From Octopus bimaculoides (Eukaryota), in assembly GCF_001194135.2 (NCBI RefSeq), contig NC_068986.1, positions 1,353,772 through 1,417,771 on the forward strand: a stretch of DNA of 64,000 nt, given 5' to 3'. The notes below the pieces were generated by a model that searched no databases, was not told the origin of the DNA, and was given only the letters and a program-made list of their open reading frames with translations. A program made the position numbers and the translations under genes. Shown here piece by piece: positions 1-13,379 of the stretch; position 1 is the first letter of the stretch; every line of letters starts with the position of its first letter.

Positions 1-235
1 AGAATGAGAGAATGAGAGAATAACTGGATGTGATGTCTGTAGAGGAGGTCAGCTGTGGAATGAAGCGCCTAAGAGAACCTGTGAAAGAAGAACAAGAAAA
101 ACCGAGGTAAGAATAGTCTGACCACAAAGGGATGAACTTCATGAAGATAAAAGACTGTGACAAGCAGGGGAAACACTATGCAGGAGAAGTTCCACCCAAC
201 TCATGCAAGCATAGAAAAGCAGATGAAAAAATGGT
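1..235 (+). mobile_element. Decayed RTE LINE 3' end
   Basis: Ends in ...ccaactcatgcaagcatagaaaagcagatg, the RTE-tail sequence shared with other copies in the window. Confidence 0.45.
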
Positions 236-1020
236 TGGGATGCTTGATGTCCACATTTAGATGGTTCTTGATTATTTGTCCATAGCACTCTTTTTCTCTC
301 CCACCCCACCACCTACATAATGACAGATGGATCTATATTCAGTATTCACTCATTCATTTTACAGCCATATTTTTCTATGCTTGGATGGGTTGGACAGAAA
401 TATGATTGAGGCCTTGCTTTATGGCTGGATGCTTTTCTTTGCCTGTTTTATAGGTTATCTCTTATCTCATGCATCTGCAAAGAAGGCACAAAGTGAGCAG
501 ACAAGTTGTTGCCAAGGAAAGTAACAACATCCTTCATAACAACTGTTGTAGAAAGCAAATGTAAACAGATGCATGCACACACATTTAGAAACATACACAC
601 ACAAACACACACACATACATACACACACACACATTATCATCATCATCATCATTATCATCATCGTCTGTTTTTCCTTGCTCACATGTGTTGGGTGATTTGA
701 CAGTATCTGGCAAGCTGCAAGGCTGTGTTGAGCTCCAGTGTCAGCATTAGCATGATCTCTGCAGATGGATGCCCTTCCTAATGCCAACCACTTTATACTA
801 TGTACAAGATACTTCTTTTGTGATATGGGTACTAGTGAGGTTGCCATGTAACATGGAAGACAGAAACGTAACAAGGAAAAGCAAAAGTCTCATTCTGCTA
901 AGTGGAGAGTATTTGAGAGGGAAAGATCCTGTTTAAGACAGTTTGGTATTCTCTGTAAATGCACAAAAACAGTTTTAAGGGCTCCATACTTTGTATTGTT
1001 GTTATTGGATTAGTGAAACA

Positions 1021-1084
1021 ATTATGAGAACAGATCCAAGGGATAAGCTCCACTTTTCCGGGAATAACCGGGTACATCAGCTAG
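1021..1084 (+). mobile_element. Helitron-like 3' terminus
   Basis: Small hairpin ccgg-gaataa-ccgg, 9-nt spacer, then CTAG followed by T (1085). Confidence 0.4.
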
Positions 1085-1087
1085 TAC

Positions 1088-1161
<74 letters not shown>

Positions 1162-1174
1162 AATATATAAAAAC

Positions 1175-1640
1175 AAAAGGATAAAGAGAGCAAAGGTAAG
1201 GTTGAAGAATTTTATGGATAGAGTCTTACAGCTGTTTCTGGGAAGATCCAGTACTTCCGTTCATCGGAGACAGAAAAAATAAAGTTATCTATTATTATAT
1301 CCATAGGCGGATATTTTTAGTATGAAGTGGTAAAGAGTGTGATGTGCTGAAAAAAGAGAGAACAATACTTGAAGAGTAGTTTCATTCCAGTGGTAAATAT
1401 CCGTGTAGAAATTAGTGCAGATTAATCCTTGTGTGAATAATCCGGAAAATTTATGTTGGAACGAAAGTTGATATAGCTTAGGTGGCAGAGGTATATATAT
1501 TCCATTTTGCAATAGATTTTTGCTTGTTTACTTGAAGGATGTCCAAGCCAAGTGAAAAGTTAGCGGTAATTAGGTCAAGTCAAGACGATAGAATTTGGAA
1601 GGGGATAGAGTGGTTAAATCCAATACCCTCCTCAACCTTA
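1175..1640 (-). mobile_element. Probable Penelope-like element terminal (pLTR) fragment
   Basis: Contains the hammerhead-like motif typical of PLE termini; bounded by (TA)n tracts. No clear RT or GIY-YIG reading recognised. Confidence 0.4.
1223..1271 (-). ncRNA. Minimal type-I hammerhead-ribozyme-like motif (Penelope-type), degenerate
   Basis: - strand GTCT-CCGATGA-AC-GGAAG(tactggat)CTTCC-CA-GAA-AC-AGCT-GT-A-AGAC: stem I GTCT/AGAC, stem II, palindromic stem III, GUA site. The core has U4C. Confidence 0.55.
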
Positions 1641-1668
1641 TATATATATATATATATANNNNNNNNNN

Positions 1669-1727
<59 letters not shown>

Positions 1728-3703
1728 TATGTGAGTGTGGCAGATGGCTTCCACATAGTTTGTTTCTACCAAATTATGCCCACAAAGTGTTGGTTAACTT
1801 GAGAATATAGTAAAAGACATTTGCTCAAGTTACCATTCTGTGGGATTGAACCTGAAATACTACAATTAGAGAATCAACTTCATAACAACACAGCCATGCA
1901 TATCAGCCCCCCACTCATCCTTTTTCGTTTGTTATAGCAAACAGTTTTTAGTCTAAAGATATTTATTTAAAACATTTATTTGTTCATATTGTTATTTTAG
2001 GGACTTGAAAATTAATGTTATCATGTGAAACTATAAGATATAACATATGTAAAGGTACTTAAGATATAACATGAAATATTTTCTAACAGTTATTGCAACT
2101 GAGTACAGTTAGGTCAGTATTTTGTAACTACATAGGGCAGAGCAAATAGCTGAGACAGCCGGTCACTTGACTGGATTCATCACATAATTTAATATCAACT
2201 TTCTATATTCAACTTCTGTCAAACTCTATGATGAATGTGCCTCAAAACCCCATTAATTACACCATTTGTGTAGCATTGTTCCTTGGGATTTCTGTTCCTT
2301 ACAGGAATATGTGGTCTTTAAAATTTACACTGTTATCCATCCTTAAAACCTAAACAGCTCCAAAGAGATTCGTTTAGGATAAGTCTTACCAGACGTTAAG
2401 GGCTTGTGTAAGCCATAGCACTGGCTCTTCCTCCAAACCCAGTAAGTTAAAAAAAATTGTGTTGGTATGGCTGTATGGTTGGAAGTTCACTTGGGAGCTG
2501 AGTGACTTTGGGTTCAGTCCTAATGCACAGCATCTTGGATAAGTCTCTTCTACTATACCTCCAGGCTATTACATGTGTGTCTGTATGTATAGTTGTGTTT
2601 GTCCCTAATTGATTGACATCTGGTGTTAGTTTGTTTACATTCTTGTAACTGAGTGGCTTAGCACAAAGAGACCAATGTAAGTATCAGGTTTAAAGTAAGC
2701 ACCAAGGTCAGATTAATCAAGGCAGAGCCTCAGCGTGGCTGCAGTTGAGCAAATGAAGCATGTAAAAGAATCAAAGAGCAGAATTGCAAAACTAGTTATA
2801 AATGTAAATGTCTGGAATATTTTATTTAAAAAGTTTTTTTTTTTAAACTAAATTTGACACTTTAAGCAGAATGTTAAAAGTGTAGAGGATTTTGGCAAAT
2901 GAGCTATAACATCATTTTGAAATATTTATATAGGAAAAAATAGAAAAAAACAATGAAAACCTTTTAATTTTGACTTCACTAAAATAACAAATTCACCAAA
3001 ATAGTTGAACAAGAAAGAACAAAATATTTGTGCACATGTTTAAAATATTTAAACTGTCAGTTAAAATCAAATATAATGAGATTACATAAAAAAAAATGTT
3101 ACTGTCACAACAAGTCTGTTGATAGCATGCTGCTTATATTTGCCATTAGTTATTAAATTCATGATAATTGATAAAATCATTAAATATTTCAAAATAAAAT
3201 CGTTTTTTTTTTTCATTAGTTACTGTTTTATAACGAAAATATGTGTAAAAATGCAGGTATAGCCATGTGGTTAAAAAATTTGCTTAGAAACCATGTAGTT
3301 TTGGATTCGATTCTACTGCACAGCACATCATCTTTGGCTAGTGTCTTTACTTGTGGCCTTGGGTTGATCAATACTTTCTAATTGGAACTTGATAAATGGA
3401 AACTATGTGGAGGTTCTTTGTATGTAAATCTGCATGTCTCTGTTTATGTTGCATTCCTTTTAGTCCCATAACTAACTCAGTACCATCTTGTTTGAGAAAT
3501 AACCCAAAAACTGTGACACACAGATATTGTTTTGAGCTGAGTGGGGGTGCTAGATTCCCTTGTTTGAAAATATGAGGACACAGATTGTGTCGTGTAGCCA
3601 GCTGGAGATGATGTCTCCTGGGGCTAAATTACAGCAACATTCGTCCTAAACTAGGACTGCAATATTATGTTGGCAAACAATCTTTACTACAATAGATAAT
3701 CTT

Positions 3704-3916
3704 TTCTACTTTAGGCACAATGCCCGAAATTTTGGGGGAGGGGGTCAGTCAATTAGATTGACCCCAGTACGCAGCTGATACTTAATTTATCGACCCCAAA
3801 AAGTTGAAAGGCAAAGTCGACCTCAGCAGAATTTGAACTCAGAATGTAAAGACAAGACGAAATACTGCTAAGCATTTCGCCCAGCATGCTAACGTTTCTG
3901 CCAGCTCACCACCTTA
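3704..3916 (-). mobile_element. tRNA-headed SINE, family A (Meta-domain-like core), near full length
   Basis: A/B-box-like ctggcagaaacgttag / gagttcaaattc and core gcctttca.c.ttt.ggggtcgataaa.taagta. Other copies about 5176-5310, 25960-26160, 26490-26660, 35375-35595, 43895-44015, 56100-56270, 62905-63125. Confidence 0.85.
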
Positions 3917-4950
3917 AGATATAGATAATCAGATAAATGAATTTTTTAATATTGTTCAGTTGAAAAGATAACTAATCAATTGGTGATTCTTATCTATTAG
4001 TTTAAGGTTACTTCTTTCTTTCATTGTCATGATAACCAATATAATTTTATTCTTCATTGTTATAGATTGACTTAGATTTTTCATTTGACCACATTTTTTA
4101 GTATTCCATTTGTTAATGACAAAAACGTGGTCTTAATTACGTAATGGGTGAGGTGTTTTTGTATGTATCAGTTTAATTACTTTGGAAATAGATGTAGTTT
4201 TCTCATTAAATTCATGTTGTATGAGTTCATATGAGTCCATTTTTTGGATTATTATGTCGTTAGTACTGAATTAAGATGAGCAGATATTTCGATCGGGAAT
4301 ATTTAAATCACAAATATATTACAAATTATATATTTGTCAATATTGATGTTTAAATCACATTAGAAAATTCATTTAACCCATTAAAATCAGTTTGTTAGTA
4401 CAATAGCATTCTTAAATAAGTATAAAAATTGACCCAAAAGATCAGACTCATTTTCCACTGTATACTGTATCATCCATTCAAACTGTAATTAATCTAGACT
4501 TCAGAGTTGTTTCCCTTGCCTTTTTTGTCAAAGATTATAATTAACCCTAATGATATTTCTTTTCATTGCCAGCATAATTTTAGATGATTAAAAAATGTAT
4601 GGGCTTACGACATAAAGTATATTAAGCCTCCCCCATTTAACTAAATGAGTGAAGTAGTGATTAAAACTCTTTTCTCTTTCAAGATGAAAATTGATTATGG
4701 AATTTTCTACTTGCTTTCAAGAGTTAATACTTCACACTAATATTGATTGCATATTGTTTGTTTTGTTTTTTTTTTCTTTAATTTCATCTTAAGCTATTGA
4801 TAATTAGCTAACATATAACATTAATGGTATTAATGATGAGAAACTTCTGTCTTTTTGCCTGTTTCATTCCATTTACTAATGTGACCTTTAAAGTCATAAA
4901 ACTATTTACTCCAGTTGAGAAGACAATTTATTTTTGATTTTAATCTTTAG

Positions 4951-5059
4951 GTACATTCTGAAAACAGCAACAATAACAATAACGTGCACTCAACAACTAA
5001 TATAAACAGAAGTCTGCATCATCGCCAAAATTCTCCATTTAAACGACATTCCTACCCTG
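4951..5059 (+). CDS. ESPN: Espin/forked-like gene, internal exon (phase 0 to 1), VHSENSNNNNNVHSTTNINRSLHHRQNSPFKRHSYP
   Basis: Acceptor ttttaatctttag|, donor cctg|gtaagt, 109 nt open; phase 1 end joins in frame to the exon at 11898/11904. No homology recognised in this low-complexity exon itself. Confidence 0.65.
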
Positions 5060-5673
5060 GTAAGTATATGTTTTTATTCAGTGGCTTATCTGTTTTTTTT
5101 TGTTTGTTTTTGTTTTTTTAGCTACTCAAGTTAGATATGTGTTGACACCGATATAGAGACTGTTTACTGTTGATAATTTCTGAAATGAAGCTAGATTGGC
5201 AGAATTGGTTGAGCAACAAACAAAATGCGGTGTGATCATTAGTTAAATCCTTTTATGTTTTGAGTTCAAATCCTGCCGGGGTTGACATTCCCTTTTATCT
5301 TTTGAGTGTTAGTAATTTCTGCTATCAAGATGAACTGAAAGATTAGGAGAGTGATGAACAAAATACCTTACATTATTTTAGTTAAGTCCATTTTCATCTG
5401 GATTTGAAACCCTGCTGAGTTCAGTTTTGCTTTCCTCTCTTTTGAGTATTGACAAACTAGAGTACTAACCAAATACTGGAGCTATTCCAGTCTACTGTGA
5501 CCCCCACCACCAGCTCTCTCTCTCTCTCTCTCTCTCAAATTTATGTTCTCTACTTCCCACTATTGCTGCCTCTACTGTTCACTAATGTATCCCTCACAGC
5601 TGCAGTTGCTACTGTTTATCAATCTGATCTCTACTGCTCACAGCTGTATTTTCTACTGTGCGCACCGCCTTTA

Positions 5674-6015
5674 GTCAAGCAAATCGACCCCAGGTCTTAT
5701 TCTTTGTAAGCCTAGTACTTATTCTATCGGTCTCTTTTGCTGAACCGCTAGGTTACAGGGACGTAAACACACCAGCATCAGTTGTCAAGCAATGTTGCAG
5801 GGACAAACACAGACACACAAACACACACATATATATATACATATACATATATACGACGGGGTTCTTTCAGTTTCCATCTTCAAAATCCACTCACAAGGCT
5901 TTTGTCGGCCTGAGGCTCTAGTAGAAGACACTTGCCCAAGGTGCCATGCAGTGGGACTGAACCCGGAACCATGTGATTGGTAAGCAAGCTACTTACCACA
6001 CAGCCACTCCTGCAC
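5674..6015 (-). mobile_element. tRNA-headed SINE, family B, near full length
   Basis: gcaggagtggctgtgtggtaag...ggttcagtcccactg..ggcaccttgggcaagtgtcttctac. Other copies about 1735-1900, 2457-2745, 3255-3420, 8169-8275, 37590-37700, 42420-42575, 44593-44724, 53920-54269, 59667-59816. Confidence 0.85.
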
Positions 6016-6035
6016 CTATATATATATATATATAT

Positions 6036-6598
6036 NNNNNNNNNNNNNNNNNNNNNNNNNNNNNNNNNNNNNNNNNNNNNNNNNNNNNNNNNNNNNNNNN
6101 NNNNNNNNNNNNNNNNNNNNNNNNNNNNNNNNNNNNNNNNNNNNNNNNNNNNNNNNNNNNNNNNNNNNNNNNNNNNNNNNNNNNNNNNNNNNNNNNNNNN
6201 NNNNNNNNNNNNNNNNNNNNNNNNNNNNNNNNNNNNNNNNNNNNNNNNNNNNNNNNNNNNNNNNNNNNNNNNNNNNNNNNNNNNNNNNNNNNNNNNNNNN
6301 NNNNNNNNNNNNNNNNNNNNNNNNNNNNNNNNNNNNNNNNNNNNNNNNNNNNNNNNNNNNNNNNNNNNNNNNNNNNNNNNNNNNNNNNNNNNNNNNNNNN
6401 NNNNNNNNNNNNNNNNNNNNNNNNNNNNNNNNNNNNNNNNNNNNNNNNNNNNNNNNNNNNNNNNNNNNNNNNNNNNNNNNNNNNNNNNNNNNNNNNNNNN
6501 NNNNNNNNNNNNNNNNNNNNNNNNNNNNNNNNNNNNNNNNNNNNNNNNNNNNNNNNNNNNNNNNNNNNNNNNNNNNNNNNNNNNNNNNNNNNNNNNNN
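6036..6598. other. Assembly gap (largest); others at 1659-1668, 17162-17383, 19758-19786, 44279-44592, 48527-48800, 59850-60043
   Basis: N runs, mostly abutting (TA)n/(CA)n/(CT)n tracts. Confidence 1.
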
Positions 6599-6639
<41 letters not shown>

Positions 6640-8280
6640 TACAAAGATGTATATACATACGTAGTGAAATAAAAATGAAACTATTGAAAGGGAAACAAAA
6701 TAAAAGTGAAACTATTATATCACATTACAACAGAAATGTTATTTTTTCACTTTTGGCATGTAATACCGAAACAGTGTAAGAGATTGCTCTGGGCTTGCAT
6801 TAAGTAAGAAGTTTAAAAGTTTTCTCACCCATGACACTCCATGGACCCTAAGTAAAGCATGTTTAAAATTTGAATGAAATTGGTTGGGTAGTTCTAGCGT
6901 TTTAGTGATGCACACGTACACACAGACAGACACATACATTATAAGTTTTATATATATAGATATATATAAACATGTATGATTGTATGACTTAGAAACAGTT
7001 TACATGAATGACTTACATTACTATATGCCTTTATGCATATTTGTTTAGAAGTTCTTTCTTGAGTCTCCTGTATATTATAATACATTTTTATATTCTTCAT
7101 TAAATTTATTCTTTAAAACATAAGTTTATTTATTTATATGAAGACTTATTTTCCAATTCTATAACTTTCAATCATTTTATAGTAATGCATTAAAAACCTA
7201 CATGTGGTGAAAGCATATTAGCAGGTGCCAATAATTTTTGTTGCTGTGAAGAGTGAAAATTCTTGATATTTCAGGCATAGATCCTTAAACCTCATGGGAA
7301 CTAAACTTATTGACATGTACATTCTGGCATTTTATTAACATTGTTGTCAACACAGATTTTCTGCCGTTTCCTCAGATTTCAAATTTTACACTTAATCAAT
7401 ACAAAGCACTTACATTTTTCATTACTTGAAAACCATATTTGTTTCTTCTGCCTCGTGGTAAGAACAACATTTTATTTTTAGCACTGCTTGTTGCCATAAT
7501 TTGATTATCAAATGACAGTTTGCAGATTTGTAATTTTAACACAAACTTTCTGAAAGATTATATTATCTCATTCTCTCCCTAATGGAAATTTTCAACCAGT
7601 CAAGAGTGGCTAACTGCAATCTAAATGCAGAATAATTGGTTTTAAATTTAGTTTGTTTTGTTTTGTTTTTGCTTTTGTTCTTGTTCTGTTTTTCTTCACT
7701 GGAGTGAAAAAATAATGAGATGAAAGTGCCAAGCCAAGCAACAGCAAGATTTGTTTGAACTGATAACAGCCATTCAGGGAATGTATAGAGTTTTGTTCTG
7801 TAATTAAACTTTGCTGCAATAATAAAGAAACTAGTACCAGTTTCAGTTTGCAAACTAGCTAATAACGTGTGTGTGTGTGTGTGTGTGCCTTTATTTGAAG
7901 GTATGTGGCCAGGTGATTAGGTTGTTGTATTCATGATCACAAGATCATGATTTCAATTCTGACTCAGTGGTGCATTGTATTCTTGCTTCTTCATTTCACA
8001 ATGCTTCAGTCCACTCAGCTGTAAATGAATAACTTTGTAATGGACTGGTGTCCCATTCTTGGAATAATGTTGGGATCTTAGTTACTTATATGCCATGAAA
8101 ACTGGGTTACCAGAATTATGAGTTCTAGGGCTCAGGACAGTAATGCCCAAGGGTTTTGCTTTCTCTCTAGGCACAGGTGTGGCTGTGTGGTAAGAAGTTT
8201 GCTTCCCAACTACATGGTCTTGTGAGTGTATTTGGCAGACAGAAACTGAAAGTAGCCTGTTGTATTTATATGCATGTGTA

Positions 8281-8349
<69 letters not shown>

Positions 8350-8473
8350 GTATGTATATATATATATATATATATATATACATACATATATACATATATA
8401 TATTTATATAATTATGATAATAATATCAGGGAAAAATTCAATTTAATTTATCAAAATTGAATTAAATTTCACA

Positions 8474-8507
<34 letters not shown>

Positions 8508-8825
8508 CTCATGTCTCCCAACAGGGCTGTTTAAACCTTTGGCATTTAAACAGCTATATCTGACTAAACTGGCAACCCCACCAGGCCTGCTTTGTGAGGT
8601 GGGTGCTTGTTGAACACCCTGCGGGACAAAAAATAAGACCTGCCAAAGGGCGGAGGAACTACAATGTAGTCACTGGCCATTCAACTACATGTGTTTGTGG
8701 AGTGTTTGTGTGTGTGTATTGTATATATTGCATTTTAAACTGTGTATGTGCATATTGTATATATTTTATTTCAGCATGTGTGTGTACATATTGTATATTG
8801 TGTTCTTAAATTGTATATATATTGT

Positions 8826-10275
8826 ATGGCGGCTTAGCTTCTAAGCCCAGCGGAACTGCTACCACTGATGGGAGAAGGGGCAAAGGTGGGTATCTGACAC
8901 CTCAAAACCAGTTGCTTCAGGCAGGTGGGGGCTTGTCAACCCAGGAGGGCAGCCCACCTGGGGGAAGGGAAACCCTGATTTCAAACCTCTGTCATCTTGT
9001 GGGATACCTGGTCACAGGGAAGGCTTCAGGAGTAAACCTTAAGGAAAAATCAGGAGTCAGAGCCCCTAAAGCAGCTTGATGTTGACTTCAACTTCATCCT
9101 GGCTGCTCCTGCAACCATGTTGGCACCAAACTGTAGCAGCCCACTGTTCCTTTGGATTCGTCAGCAAGGTGGAGAAGGGGGGAAAAGTGCATGGGCAACA
9201 ACCTGTTCTCCATACTACATTGCCCTGGCTCACATCCGTCCACGCCATCATTAAACATGCACACCTGCACCTGGAGAGGAAACTCCAGCTTCACCATTTA
9301 TTTGATGTCAACACAACACAGGAAGCAGCAGGTACTGGTTATAAGCCTTTACTCAATTGGCGTAGAGTGTGGCACCAGGGGTTGCTTCTGTCGGTGGGAG
9401 AGATCTTCGAGTCTCATTGGACAGCTACCACCCGCCTCGAGTTACGCAGACCCCAGCCAGTAAGGTGTTGTCCTGCTGTGGCTTGCTTTCCCCATTGGGT
9501 GCATGAGGGATTAGGAGAACATCCGACAAGCAGATTGTCGACTACCGAACCAGGTAAAAGCAGAAAAGCTATCAAAAAGTGACCAGTTCTAAAACTGGAA
9601 CATTGGAATGTCCGGACAACGATGCCTGGCCTCTCTCAGGACCTTCAGGACATCATTGACACCAGGAAAACAGCAGTCATCAACAAGGAGCTCAAGAGAC
9701 TGACATATCAATATCGCTGCTCTGCAGGAAACATGGTTAGCCAATGAAGGCACACTGAGGGAGAGAGACTACACATTCCTCTGGAAGGGAAGAGCTCTGA
9801 TGAGCTCAGAGAACATGGAGTAGGCTTTGCAACAAAGAACAGCTTGCTGAGAATGGGAAAACCAGGCATCAGTGGCTCTGAGTGGCTCCTAACTCCCCAC
9901 CTCAACACTACCAAAGGCCCTGTCACCCTCGTCAGTGTGTATGCCCCAACAGTGTTCACTGCCCCGGAAGCTAAGGACAAGTTCTACGAGAACCTTGTAT
10001 CCACTATCAAGAGCATCCCCATTAGTGAACAACTATGGATTGGTGAAGAGAAGCTGTCAGCTGCAGCTGTGGAAACTTGAGCCCAATGTAAGGGATCAAC
10101 AGCCGACAGACCAGAATCCATACACAGATGCGATCTATGTGACCGAGACTGTCATTCTCACATTGGTCATCATAGCCACAGGAGGCACTGCTCAAGCCGA
10201 GCGACCCAAACAAGACAACAAATGGACAGACGTGATACCCATGGTCAGCCATGACTGAACGTGGCCTAAGAGGAT
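8826..10275 (+). mobile_element. RTE (BovB-like) LINE, internally deleted: 5' region + AP-endonuclease + 3' zinc finger/tail, RT absent
   Basis: Frameshifted EN: LKLEHWNVRT..., IAALQETWL..., GPVTLVSVYAPT...KDKFYENL. At about 10040 it jumps to GEEKL...CDLCDRDCHSHIGHHSHRRHC and the 3' tail. Confidence 0.85.
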
Positions 10276-11455
10276 ATATGCAGATATGTGTGTGTGTGCA
10301 TGTGTATATTTATGTATGTGTTTGTGTTTATGTATGTGTTGTGTGACCAATGCTTTGTGAGTGAAATTGGCACTCAGAAAGTGTAAGAGGCCTATTGTTT
10401 ATATATGTGGGTGTATGTGTTTATTTGTTTTGTTTTTTTGCTTAGATGTTGTGTACATACATATTATGTAAAAACAAGGTCACTGAACTAGTCATAAAAG
10501 CAGCTTTTTTTTTTGTCACAATTTGCTATAGAAACATGTCCAGCCAATAAGCTGTCTGTTGTTTGAAAGGCTAGAGGAGATATTACCTTACATAGAAATA
10601 AGTGAGAGTTGACAATAGGAAGAGCATCTAGCTGTAAAAAAAAAGCTGCCTGTTTACGTTTTGTCTAACTCTATGCCAGTATGGAAAGTAGATGTTAAAA
10701 TGATGATGATAGTAATGATGATGATGGACGGGGGAATGAAATATTTGGGCATCAAAAAGGACTAGAAAGTTGAATCCTGATTAGAAATCCACATAGTGAA
10801 GTATTTGAAAATTGAATTTTCTAACTTGAAGATCCACTGATTGAAGAATAAATGTGTGATATGAGATTAATATGGATGTTTGTGTTTTTTCACTATAGAA
10901 GCAAAATATTTTCCTCTTTAACTGATTTCCATCTTTATTCAAAAAAAAAAAAAAAAAAAAAAGAGAGAAATAATTAGATTAAACTATCAGCATATTCAGT
11001 ACTTTTACTACTTTTGAACCAAGTTAGATATTTAGAAAACATAAATGACCAAAAATAAACAATCAAAAAATATGTCAACCACTTGTCAATACATAATAAT
11101 TTATCTTTGAAGAAACTAATAGCTTAGGTGTTCCTGTGTCTGCTGACTACATAATATGGACAGAAGTAAAAAGCACTTAGATAGAATATATTCTACCAAG
11201 CAAGTAAAAATGATGAAAGCTCTTGTACATTACCTTTCGGTAATGGAAAATGACACTAGAGAAGAATTGTTAAAACATATATAACTGGAATGATTATTGA
11301 CTTCTTTGCATTGTATTGTAAATAAACTAAAATGGTTCCGATTAAGTAAGACACAAAATGTTTGTTTTGCTCTCGTGTAAAAAATCTCTGAGTGCACTGT
11401 AAATTCATTAAAAAAAAAACTACTTATATTTTTGTACTCATTTATTTATATTCCT

Positions 11456-11494
<39 letters not shown>

Positions 11495-11897
11495 CTCCTA
11501 TATATATGTACCTATGCATACAGGTAAACATGCATATACATGTAACATCCAACTGTTCACTCTCGGAATAGAGGATCTGTAACTATAATTTCTATGTTTT
11601 GAAATTATTTTTTATATTATTATTTAATGGTTTTATATGTAAAATTTAAATCAGTTTCAAATTATATAAATCCCATTTAATATAAATGTTAAAATAAATA
11701 GCAAAAAAAATCAATATTCTAAATGTAAAAAAAGAAATATTTATGTTACATTATTAATTATCAATGTATAATATTGAAACTGTATTCCCTAAGCTGTTCA
11801 TCATTATGTAATATTATCATTGCTATTATTTGCTAATTAACTTGCAGATGAATTATCAAATTTTCAGTGTCTAACATGCAGTTGTATTTTATCTCAG

Positions 11898-12951
11898 TTG
11901 CAGACCACATAAAACAGTCGTCGTCAATACCACCCCCTCCACCTCCACCAGCAGCCAGTTCTTATTGGAAGACTTCTTCATCTCGCTCCAACCGTCACTC
12001 AACGTGTGTAAGTTTCAACTCCTCCTCGTCTCCTTCTGCATCACCCCACAATTCTGCTTCTCTGAGCATTGGAGCCGGCTTGCCAGCACATACGATTTCA
12101 TTACCAGCTTCTGCAGTGAGAATTTTGCCCCCACTAACAACAAACATTATACCGCCAACACCTCCTCCACCACCGACACCACCTGCCCCATTCAGTTTCC
12201 CATATTTAGCAGAGAAATCTGCGACAATTCCAGGAGCTTCCAATAGTAATCAGCCATCGACTTCAAGTTCATTGAATGCTGCTGAAGAGGACAAGCAAAA
12301 TGCAGAACATTCTTCCACTTCTCCAGGTCAAAGAATGAATCCTTCACAGGTCCTTCCATCTTCTGACTATCGTAGCCGTCCAATAGAAGGTTCTGAAGAC
12401 TTCTATTCCTGGTCTAGCAAAGGAGATTGCAGTGGGCGTTCATCTATTGAGAAAATCCAGATAAATAAAAAGTTTGCTCGCAAAATGGATCCTGTGCAAA
12501 TTAGTAAAATTAACAATAACTACACAACCTCCATCCAAGTAGGTTCCAAGAAACTCTCAGAAGCCAATGCTGAGAAGCTGCCAAATCACTTTGATAAAGA
12601 AGAGGAGGAGATTGCTCGAATGACTTCAGACATGCCCAAATACTTACACTTAAGTAACCCGAGTAGAGAAATGGGCTGTTCTCCTTCGCCTCCACCGCCT
12701 CCACCACCACCACCACAATCTCTTATTGAAGAGCTGGAGAAAAGCTTTTCATCATCACAGGACACTGACAGCCTCTCTATGCAAAGTGATACTGATGACC
12801 TACCACCGCCACCACCTCCACCACCTCCTCCTCCTCCTCCGCCGCCGCTGCCTCCACCTCCCCTCTTTCAACATTCTTTACCATCATCATCCTCTCCTAT
12901 GTCTGCTGCTTGTGAAGTAAACAGAACTGCACCGTCATTGTCCAAATCAAG
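11898..12951 (+). CDS. ESPN: Espin/forked-like gene, large proline/serine-rich exon (phase 1 to 2)
   Basis: Corresponds to ORF 11867-12955. Two in-frame acceptors (exon start 11898 or 11904), donor aag|gtagat at 12952. Several poly-Pro tracts; phase 2 joins the WH2 exon. Confidence 0.88.
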
Positions 12952-13379
12952 GTAGATATACATACCTTCTAAATTTCTTTTCTTTTAACATTTTTCTGTT
13001 TTCTTTTTTAAAATAACAATTATCATAAATTTTCAACAGAAACATCATTATTAAGCATATCTTCATTAAATGCATATACATTCATATTTTTTCAACACCC
13101 TATTATTTAGTGACGATATTTACAATGTGATTCTAAAAGTCACTATGTAGTCTTGAAGTAAGTTTTTGCAGAGCTAAGTTTATAATTTAGCTTTGAATTC
13201 AAGCTCCAGCTGTAAGCGTTTCACTTCCAACTCTAATACACATCAGGAAGGTAAAGATCTGATTATTTTGCCTTTATCTATAAACATGAGACATTTGAGC
13301 GTGCCATACATAGTCGCACACATGCACACATATATTTAATTTGTTCTAATACATTTCCTAGTCATCATTTTCACATCCA

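Noticed and set aside
5880-6779. Long ORFs spanning N-runs (also at 17.0-17.4, 44.2-44.8, 48.5-48.8 and 59.7-60.2 kb)
   Set aside because: Artefacts of gaps and (TA)n/(CA)n tracts lacking stops.
9076-9582. 168-aa ORF on +
   Set aside because: Lies in the 5' region of the RTE element; no recognisable domain; not called as a host gene.
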